From assembly GCA_964016885.1 (NCBI GenBank), contig OZ024742.1, positions 26,474,001 to 26,538,000 of the forward strand: 64,000 nt of DNA, given 5' to 3'. The stretch comes from Eledone cirrhosa (lineage: Eukaryota). Positions 54,960 to 64,000 of this stretch are shown here, piece after piece. The notes under the pieces were generated by a model that was not told where the DNA came from, did no database searches, and saw only the letters and a program-made list of their open reading frames with translations. The translations under genes were made by a program, and so were the position numbers. Numbering within the stretch: position 1 is the first letter of the stretch; the number at the start of each line of letters is the position of its first letter.

Positions 54960-57422
54960 TTAACTGTATACTTTGTGAAAAGTTCTATGGAATTTATGCA
55001 GGCAGATGGAAAACAAATCCGAGCGTCTATTTATTATGGATTCTAGGTTAGAGATAATGGTAAATTTTTCATTTAGGCAAAGATTACAGATTTTAGATAG
55101 GGAACTGTTCAAGTACGAGGATGCAGAAGAAATCTTTTTCCAAAAGATGTTATATTTAATGTTTTTGTCTTTTAAGGACCATATGAGTTCTGAGAGAGCA
55201 GTGTTAGTTTTTTTAAGTTTGTATTTGAAAGATGAATGATGATTATAGAGACGAGCTTTAAAAGAGGTGGAAGTGGAGCCAAAATAGGTGAAGGAATTGG
55301 TGCTAGTTATAATTTTACATTCATAGATTAAGTTTTTATCGAGGCAGTGGTTGTTGAGAGGACATTTATTTTTAATGCGGCAGTTGCAATTAGAGAGATT
55401 ATTAATGAGTGATCTAGTGTTATCTATAGAAGGAATTGGATTGGAGAAGTTGTTTGCGATAGGAATAATAGGAATAATAGTTTCTTGATTTAGAGTTGGA
55501 TTATGAACATTTAGCGAAGTTGTGTTTGACGTTGCATTTGGGTTTACAGAAGTTAGCCTAGGGTTTACAATGACGTCAGGAGTACTATTATTGTTATTAT
55601 GAGATTCAATATTGGAAGGAAGAGATTTAGTATTTAATATTTTGTTGTTGTGTTTAGAAATGATGTTGGAAATATTGGAGGATGTAGAATACGAAAATTT
55701 GATGGTGTGTTTGTTAAATATTTTACTATAGATATGTGAGGGAGGGAAGCATTTATTTAAGGCACTAAAAAATAATTTAGGAATATTGTTATTAATAGAG
55801 ATGGAGAAAGGAGCATTATACCAGATTATGTTTTTGTATCTAGGTCTTTTATTAAGATTATTGGAATGGTTATGATTAAATATTCTACTGTAAGTTTTCC
55901 TAGAATTTGTTTCTTTATTATATTTGATTTTATCTGGATAGCCGGCTTTAGAAAGTGCGTTATTATAGTAATTGGCGTTAGCATCAAAGATGTTTTTATT
56001 AGAAGATATGTTAGATATTCTATTTCCAATATTATTAACTATAGCATTCTTGATATTGGTAGGATGGTTAGATTTAAAGTTAACATAATTAAGATTCTCA
56101 TTGTTTTTATGGTAAGGGTAATATAGGCCAGTGTCAAGGTTAAGAGATACATCCAAGAAATTAGCTAGTTTGGTACTATTATCAAATTCAATTTTTAGGT
56201 TATGTTGGTTAAAGAGATTACGTATATTGTTCTTAATAATATTAAGTTTAACTATATTGCAATTTAGGATAGTAAAGAGTCCATCGTCACGATAAATTCC
56301 ACCGCGAAGTTGAGGAATTTTCCGACTCAAAGAGTTCAAAATGAAGATACCAATTAAATCAGTCAATTGGGATGAATCGGATGCTCCCATTGTGATGTCG
56401 AAGTTGTTAGAGGTATCGGCTCTGGTCCAATATTCGTTGTTGAACTCTAGGATGGTTTTACGTGCGGTGAGGATGATGTGAAGTTCATCTGTGGTGATGT
56501 CAGAATATTTAAGTGCGAAAGATAGAGCATTATTGAGAAGTGAAGGCGAAATGGAGGAATAGTAGCTGGCAATATCGAATTGAATAAATTTTAGTTTGTT
56601 TTTATTATCCAATTTGTTGAACCAGCCAATCACTTCAGAAGTACCAAACCATAAATTTAGGTTTAAAGAAGAGCAATTAGAACTAACCTGTGGGATAATC
56701 CTATCCAAGATGGCTTTACTAACAACCCCCAGATCAGATTTAGAGGGGGCGATTAATCTAACAGGTAGTTCAGTGCGAAAATTGTTTTTGTGATCCTTGA
56801 GATTTATCCTCGGAGTTCTTGGGAGGAATGGTTCGGTCTTTTTTTCAATGCCAAGTTTTGACATAATCTCATAGGCTTCAAGGTTTATGCATTCTAAATT
56901 TTCATGGTTGGTTTTACGATACTTTTTCCTAAGTTCCTTTAGGATAAGGTTGTTATAATTATCCTTGGAAATACCATATAGGTTATTGGTTTTGTCAGAG
57001 TGGACTAAAACATTTTTTGAGGAATTTAGGTTAGAGATTGTGTTCTTGAGATTTACAAGGTGCTCTTGTCCTTTGTAAGGGTATCTCTTGAATTTAAGAT
57101 TTTTTATAATTTTAGTTAATTCTTCCTCGAATTGTGCTAGATTTTTGTTGGAAGGAGGATTTCGTCTGGAATTAAAAAGATGATCGAGGAAGTTGTGTTC
57201 TTTGGTATGAAAGTTCCCTTTTAGGCGCTGGTCATAGAAATAGGCTGTCCATCTAAGTCTTCTTACGAAGGAGTCAGTTTTTTCAATAAGAAGTTTGGTG
57301 AATTCAGATTTACCAGGTATAGGAATGTCTTTAGTAGAATTGGTTATGTTGTAATAATCCATGTTGTAGAAGAAGAGGTGAAGGACCATCAAAAGGTATC
57401 CAATATGAGAGTAAGCGCTCAA
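54960..57422 (-). CDS. Penelope-like (Naiad-type) RT + GIY-YIG, intact, copy 2
   Basis: Translation appears identical to copy 1. Confidence 0.93.
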   Translation of the reverse strand: MSAYSHIGYLLMVLHLFFYNMDYYNITNSTKDIPIPGKSEFTKLLIEKTDSFVRRLRWTAYFYDQRLKGNFHTKEHNFLDHLFNSRRNPPSNKNLAQFEEELTKIIKNLKFKRYPYKGQEHLVNLKNTISNLNSSKNVLVHSDKTNNLYGISKDNYNNLILKELRKKYRKTNHENLECINLEAYEIMSKLGIEKKTEPFLPRTPRINLKDHKNNFRTELPVRLIAPSKSDLGVVSKAILDRIIPQVSSNCSSLNLNLWFGTSEVIGWFNKLDNKNKLKFIQFDIASYYSSISPSLLNNALSFALKYSDITTDELHIILTARKTILEFNNEYWTRADTSNNFDITMGASDSSQLTDLIGIFILNSLSRKIPQLRGGIYRDDGLFTILNCNIVKLNIIKNNIRNLFNQHNLKIEFDNSTKLANFLDVSLNLDTGLYYPYHKNNENLNYVNFKSNHPTNIKNAIVNNIGNRISNISSNKNIFDANANYYNNALSKAGYPDKIKYNKETNSRKTYSRIFNHNHSNNLNKRPRYKNIIWYNAPFSISINNNIPKLFFSALNKCFPPSHIYSKIFNKHTIKFSYSTSSNISNIISKHNNKILNTKSLPSNIESHNNNNSTPDVIVNPRLTSVNPNATSNTTSLNVHNPTLNQETIIPIIPIANNFSNPIPSIDNTRSLINNLSNCNCRIKNKCPLNNHCLDKNLIYECKIITSTNSFTYFGSTSTSFKARLYNHHSSFKYKLKKTNTALSELIWSLKDKNIKYNIFWKKISSASSYLNSSLSKICNLCLNEKFTIISNLESIINRRSDLFSICLHKFHRTFHKVYS

Positions 57423-57566
57423 CCGTTAAGGAGCAAGTAAATGTAGGAGGTGAGTTTTATTGTAGTGCAATAAAGCAATGCAGATATCGGATAAGAAGCA
57501 CTCTACAGTTTGTGGGACTGGAGTATGCATAATATAAGATCAAAAGATGGTTAAAGGAGTTCAATA

Positions 57567-57637
57567 TATTTTATTATGCGCATTTCAAAAACAAACATCA
57601 TCAAATAATAATATTTGTGTTTTCATCAGATAAAACA
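57567..57637 (-). ncRNA. Hammerhead ribozyme, array unit 3
   Basis: Same sequence as 49732-49802. Confidence 0.85.
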
Positions 57638-58880
57638 GGAGAACATGATATGAAGGCTAAAAAAACACTTGTTGATAGTGCAGTTTTAAATCAACATATG
57701 AAAAGTGGTTTTAGATTGATGTGTGATATTGGGAAAAATATTTTATTTAGAGAGGGGGGGAGAGAAAAGGATGAAAAGGGAAGGAGATGAGAGGGAGAGA
57801 TGGGTGATAGAGAGAAAGAGATAGTTTTTATAACAGAGAGGAGATATATTTTATATAGAGGGGTTGAAAACCGTTGGAAGATACTGTATAAATTAAAAAT
57901 TTTGGAAATTAACGAAGGGAGGATATGTGCGAGGAAAAAATATATTATATTTAGGGAGGGGTGGGGGTGGAAAGGATGAAAAAAAGGGGAGGAGATGAGA
58001 GTGAATGTGGAAAGGGAGAGATGGGTGATAGAGAGAAAGAGATAGTTTTTATAACTGAGAAAAAGATATAATGTTTTAATATAGAGAGGTTGGGAACCGT
58101 TGGAAGATAATGTATAAATTAAAAGAATTTGAAAATTAACGAAGGGAAATTATGTATGGAGATAGAGAGAAAAAAAATAACGAAGGGAGATTATGTATGG
58201 AGATAGAGAGAAAAAAATAATAATAATTGTGGGTGAATATTCTAACGTCAAAAGGAGAAATGTAGGAATTTTAAAATTAGCAAAGAGAAAAAGTTTATGT
58301 GTAGGATTTGAGAAAAATAATGTGAAGTTAAAGTTTTTATATTGAATTCATATGTATTAATAATGAGTTCGTTGATGGGGAGAAAAAAATAATAATAAAT
58401 TAGGGATGAAATTGAGATTAAAAAGATTGATGATAGAGAGAAAAATAATAATGATTGCGGATGAATACTCAAAATGTCAAAAACAAATGTTATTGTTTTA
58501 CGAGGAGATATAATGAGGGTGATGAGTAAACGGGTATTATAGAGTGTATAATGCCCTTTAAAGTAAGGTAGATGGGTATATTTTAAAGAATATATGAGTA
58601 TATATTAAAAAAAAATATATATATATAATAATAAATTAAGGATGAAATTGAGATTAAAAAGATTTATGATAGAGGGAAAAAATAATAATGATTGCGGATG
58701 AATATTCAAAATGTCAAAAACAAATGTTATTGTTTACGAGAAGATAGGATGCGGGAAAAGAGTAAACGAGTATTATAGAGTGTATAATGCCCTTTAAAGT
58801 AAGGTAGATGGGTATATTTTAAAGAGGTGTATGTATATGTGCCTTTGAGAAAAGATTCTAAATTGATAAAGAATTGAATA

Positions 58881-59620
58881 TTAACTGTATACTTTGTGAA
58901 AAGTTCTATGGAATTTATGCAGGCAGATGGAAAACAAATCCGAGCGTCTATTTATTATGGATTCTAGGTTAGAGATAATGGTAAATTTTTCATTTAGGCA
59001 AAGATTACAGATTTTAGATAGAGAACTGTTCAAGTACGAGGATGCAGAAGAAATCTTTTTCCAAAAGATGTTATATTTAATGTTTTTGTCTTTTAAGGAC
59101 CATATGAGTTCTGAGAGAGCAGTGTTAGTTCTTTTAAGTTTGTATTTGAAAGATGAATGATGATTATAGAGACGAGCTTTAAAAGAGGTGGAAGTGGAGC
59201 CAAAATAGGTGAAGGAATTGGTGCTAGTTATAATTTTACATTCATAGATTAAGTTTTTATCGAGGCAGTGGTTGTTGAGAGGACATTTATTTTTAATGCG
59301 GCAGTTGCAATTAGAGAGATTATTAATGAGTGATCTAGTGTTATCTATAGAAGGAATTGGATTGGAGAAGTTGTTTGCGATAGGAATAATAGGAATAATA
59401 GTTTCTTGATTTAGAGTTGGATTATGAACATTTAGCGAAGTTGTGTTTGACGTTGCATTTGGGTTTACAGAAGTTAGCCTAGGGTTTACAATGACGTCAG
59501 GAGTACTATTATTGTTATTATGAGATTCAATATTGGAAGGAAGAGATTTAGTATTTAATATTTTGTTGTTGTGTTTAGAAATGATGTTGGAAATATTGGA
59601 GGATGTAGAATACGAAAATT
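58881..59620 (-). pseudogene. 5'-truncated copy 3 (linker + GIY-YIG only)
   Basis: Matches the C-terminal ~246 aa apart from K>R (KLKRT); joined to the inverted segment. Confidence 0.9.
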
Positions 59621-60100
59621 TATACATTATCTTCCAACGGTTCCCAACCTCTCTATATTAAAACATTATATCTTTTTCTCAGTTATAAAAACTATCTCTT
59701 TCTCTCTATCACCCATCTCTCCCTTTCCACCTTCACTCTCATCTCCTCCCCTTTTTTTCATCCTTTCCACCCCCACCCCTCCCTAAATATAATATATTTT
59801 TTCCTCGCACATATCCTCCCTTCGTTAATTTTCAAAATTTTTAATTTATACAGTATCTTCCAACGGTTTTCAACCCCTCTATATAAAATATATCTCCTCT
59901 CTGTTATAAAAACTATCTCTTTCTCTCTATCACCCATCTCTCCCTCTCATCTCCTTCCCTTTTCATCCTTTTCTCCCCCCCCCCTCTCTAAATAAAATAT
60001 TTTTCCCAATATCACACATCAATCTAAAACCACTTTTCATATGTTGATTTAAAACTGCACTATCAACAAGTGTTTTTTTAGCCTTCATATCATGTTCTCC

Positions 60101-60171
60101 TGTTTTATCTGATGAAAACACAAATATTATTATTTGATGATGTTTGTTTTTGAAATGCGCATAATAAAATA
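60101..60171 (+). ncRNA. Hammerhead ribozyme in the inverted cap
   Basis: Same motif, read directly on the plus strand. Confidence 0.85.
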
Positions 60172-60201
60172 TATTGAACTCCTTTAACCATCTTTTGATC
60201 T

Positions 60202-60287
<86 letters not shown>

Positions 60288-60293
<6 letters not shown>

Positions 60294-61776
60294 GTGAGTT
60301 TTTTTTTAACAAAATGAAAAATAACTGTGGTGTCCTACACGAGTGAAAGTATAAAGAAAAAAAGATGAAATCGAAAATGCAAATGGAGTCTTATTTTTAA
60401 AAAAATATATATATTTATTTGGTTCCTTTACCGGTTTCGCAGTTCTTCTGCTTTTCAAAAGTAGAGTTGAGATGGAGGGTCTGTGGTTTTTCTCACATCT
60501 GGTTGGTCTCTGAATGTTACTTGTTTTATATGGAAACATGTGACTCGAAATGCCAGGTTTTTAGAGAAGTATTTTGATTGGTTGGTCAATAAGTATAATA
60601 AATTTCGCGCCAGTTCGCGTTACAAAGTTCTTCAAGCAAGGGGGGGGGGGGGGCACAGGTTGTTTTTTTCATATATGAGTGTTTGAATTTCTTTTTACTT
60701 AAAGAAAGGGGGCTCACGAAGGCTTTTTTTTAAATAAACGTAATTTGATTGGTTATAAATGAAATTATGGCTGTCACGTGAACAAGTTTTCATTAAATTT
60801 TCGCGCCCTTATTTGGAAATCTATTCTGTAGCCTTTTTAGAGAATTTTATGACAAGCAAAAGATAATGGTCAAGAGAAATGGGATGGGAGAATTGTTCTG
60901 GTTCAGTGAATATGGGGTGTCAGAATTCAGATTTTCTATTGAAGTAAAGAAAGTAAAGATGTGTATGTTTACTTGTGTGCTTGTGTGTGTGTGTGTGTGT
61001 GTGTGTATTGGAAGATGATTCTATTAGTAGAAATGGGGGAGGGAGTTGTGTGTGTGTGTATATTGGTGTTATATGTGTGTGTGTGGGAGTATGTTAAGAT
61101 GGAGAGAATATATATATGTTGTGTGTGTGTATATATATGTGTGTAGGAAAGTGATTCTATTAGTAGAAATGGGGAAGGGAGTTGTGTGTGTGTGTGGGGA
61201 GGTGGGTTATGTGTGTGTGTATGGGTGTTATGTGTGTGGGAGTATGGTTAGCATGTTAAGATAAGAGAATATATATATATATATATATATTGTGTGTCTG
61301 TGTGTGTAGGAAAATGATTCCTTTAGTAGGAATATTTTTGAATGAACATATTTTCCTTACTTATTCGTATTTGTTCTGTTGTATTGTCAGCGCAAACGTT
61401 TGTTAAGGTTTATTTAGTTCGGCTTTTTATTTTCTAAAGTAGCAGGTGTTAAGTGTGTGTTTATATGTCTGTTTGGATGGGTAGCATGTTATGGTGTTGA
61501 AATAATGTATATTAAACCATATTTAATACTGGTCAATATTTTTGAATAAACCAATCAAATTACTTTTCTAAAAACCTGGCATTTCGAGCCACTTTTTTCC
61601 ATATGAAACAAGTAACATTCAGAGATCAACCAGATTTGAGAAAAACCACAGACCCTCCATCTCAACTCTACTTTTGAAAAGCAGAAGAACTGCGAAACCG
61701 GTAAAGGAACCAAATAAATATACATATATATTTTTAAAAGAAGACTCCAGTTGCATTTTCGATTTCATCTCTTTTT

Positions 61777-61782
<6 letters not shown>
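60288..61782. repeat. Dispersed repeat copy 2 plus inverted partial copy, bounded by (TA)n on both sides
   Basis: 60288-60990 resembles 35870-36600; ~60350-60590 is inverted at 61545-61782. Confidence 0.8.
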
Positions 61783-61868
<86 letters not shown>

Positions 61869-61870
<2 letters not shown>

Positions 61871-62175
61871 GCAAAAGTTCTATTTACATTGTTGGGATAC
61901 AACAAGTAAATATTTTTATAACTGATATAAAGAACTCGACACGTATTTGGAGTAGATATACGATATTAACAAATGGAAACTATATTTATAAAACCATATT
62001 TATTTCATTATACATATTTCAAGGATACCAAGTTAAATTATGGTATGCCTTCATCAGACAAAATACAATATATATCAGTTTTATAAATAACCATTGACGT
62101 ACCCTTTCAAAATGCGACCACTACTTTTGGAGGACATCCTGATGTCCTCCAAAAGTAATGGTCGCATTATAAATA
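61869..62175 (-). mobile_element. Solo PLE pLTR (family of 18550-18826) with hammerhead at 62001-62065
   Basis: Reverse complement aligns to ~18590-18826; TATTTTGT-CTGATGA-AGGCATACCA..TGGTATCCTT-GAAA-TATGTA-TA-ATGAAATA; flanked by (TA)n. Confidence 0.82.
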
Positions 62176-62199
62176 TATTAATATATATATATATAAATA

Positions 62200-62332
<133 letters not shown>

Positions 62333-62541
62333 ATATAAATGAAAATAGTGAAATTAATGTAAGCAAGAAGCCAACAGTATTTCATAATATATAAGTGATT
62401 ATAACGTCAAGATGGAAATATATATATATATATATAATATTTTTTTTTTTTTAAATTAAAAATACGGTATATTGCCAAATATACTATACATACATTCATG
62501 TATACATCGCTATTTCAGAGCACCAATCCTAATATATATAT

Positions 62542-63102
62542 ATTAATTAGTTAAGCAAAACAAGACCACAAATTTCACAAGGAAGACATTATTAAAATAT
62601 TGTCAACATATTTTAGTTTGATTTAAGGAATGTAGAGAATAATAATAATAATATTAATAATAATAATATCCGTTTACAATGGTTTCGCTACTCCATATAA
62701 TATTTCTGGATCAGATGACTATATATCATTATTGATCTGGTTCAGTATTATGGCTGACAATTGATACAACCAGGACACCATAGTGAAATACCAATATATG
62801 GAACATTACAAAATGTAACATTCTCTCCTTATCTTAAATTATATTCCTTTGAAGTTCCGATGAGCCGCTCTGTTTTTAAATATATTAATAATGTTCAACT
62901 GAACCAGATCAATAATGATATATAGTAATCTGATCCAGAAATATTATATGGAGTAGCGAAACAATTGTAAACGGACATTATTATTATTAATATTATTATT
63001 ATTATTCTCTACATTCCTTACATCAAACTAAAATATGTTGACAATCTTTGAATAATATCTTCCTTGTGACATGTATAGTCTTGCTTTGCTTAACTAATGA
63101 AT
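62542..63102. repeat. Inverted repeat (~205-bp arms, ~150-bp spacer) with a hammerhead-like motif at 62854-62972
   Basis: Arms 62542-62746 and 62898-63102; GTT-CCGATGA-GCCGCTC...GAGTAGC-GAAA-CAATTG-TA-AAC. Confidence 0.82.
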
Positions 63103-63872
63103 ATTTCCAGCTCTGTGCGCCTAACTTCTGCATGAACCCATCCACATAGCTGCTTTCAACTGCATATTGCACATTGAGCACATGCCTTTACGCTTTGGCT
63201 TTAAACTAATTCACCAATCTCTCCTCTCCTATCTCCATCTCTCTCTTTAAGATTGGTTACTCTTGAACTGTATATATATATATATTAGTAAAAGAAAAGA
63301 AAATGCTGACAATTGTTTCCCTTTGAAAAATAGTTTAATTAGGAATAAGTATAAATTAGTAATAAGTATTGGTTAGTATTCAGTTTTAGTTTTAACTTTT
63401 TACCAGTTGCGCATTTTCAAAAATAATTTTGCTTTTCAAAAATAATTTTGAGTTAAAGTAGCCGTAACGTTTGCTCTAATATAGTTTTGAAAATTCTTCC
63501 TGTTTTATGTGAAAAAAGTGGCTCCAGAGGTATTAAGATTTGGTTGGTTGTTGAATGTCACGTGAATGAGTACTATACATTTCGCGCCAATTCGTGTTGT
63601 AAAAATTCTTGTAGTTAAAACAATTTTGATTGGTCGGTAGAGGTCACGTGAATGTTAAAAATTGATTTTGCGCCAAATGTGGGTTTGTCGAAGAGTGTTC
63701 TTTTTCGCCTGATTCAGAAGTCACTGAAAAATAGGTATTTTAAGACAAATATGTGTGTGTGTGTGTGTGTGTGTAGTAAAGAGGTTCATTGTTGTGATAA
63801 TGGTCAGTAGGGATGTATGTGTGAATTGCAGTCATGTTGAAAGGTCAACACTTCAGGTGTCTATTAAGACAA

Positions 63873-63914
<42 letters not shown>

Positions 63915-64000
63915 CAGCGTGGTTCGTGGTAGAGGGATTCGGTCAGTAGAAATGTGTCTGTGCGTAAGTGGGGGATATTTTTACTTTTTTAAAGATATTA

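Larger units (their letters stand above)
49606..60207 (-). mobile_element. Head-to-tail array (~2.5 units, period 3917-3921 bp) of an intact Naiad-type Penelope-like element, capped by an inverted 3' segment (59616-60207)
   Basis: Units start at 49606, 53523 and 57441 and are near-identical; (TA)n at both ends. Confidence 0.95.

Noticed and set aside
51042-57422. Selenoprotein (in-frame UGA + SECIS) recoding, as reported for some Naiad elements
   Set aside because: The intact ORFs have no in-frame stops, and the conserved Cys positions here and in the 16.6, 29.9 and 44.5 kb fragments read as Cys.
49606-60207. LTR retrotransposon, CRISPR array or satellite interpretation of the tandem repeats
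   Set aside because: No gag, protease or integrase, no TG..CA LTRs and no repeat-spacer pattern; the RT + GIY-YIG ORF and hammerheads indicate a PLE.

Overview
AT-rich, gene-poor eukaryotic DNA made almost entirely of retrotransposons and microsatellites; the SINEs suggest a cephalopod, probably an octopod (inference). No host gene, rRNA, tRNA gene or CRISPR array could be supported. (i) 0.6-11.7 kb: one R4/Dong-type element and two Tx1/L1-clade elements are stacked inside a single (TTA)n tract. (ii) 15.5-63.1 kb: many Penelope-like elements (PLEs). These include a ~2.5-unit head-to-tail array of an intact Naiad-type PLE (820 aa RT + GIY-YIG ORF, ~3.92 kb period) capped by an inverted 3' copy. 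(iii) About 18 intact, variant or partial type-I hammerhead-ribozyme-like motifs from roughly 9 sequence families. Many lie in short non-coding fold-back (palindromic) elements next to (TA)n tracts, and four families share a CCGA rather than CUGA core. (iv) RTE fragments, two related segments with a candidate HDV-like fold, tRNA-derived SINEs and a dispersed ~750 bp repeat. All alignments and RNA folds were done by eye; coordinates may be off by a few bases.
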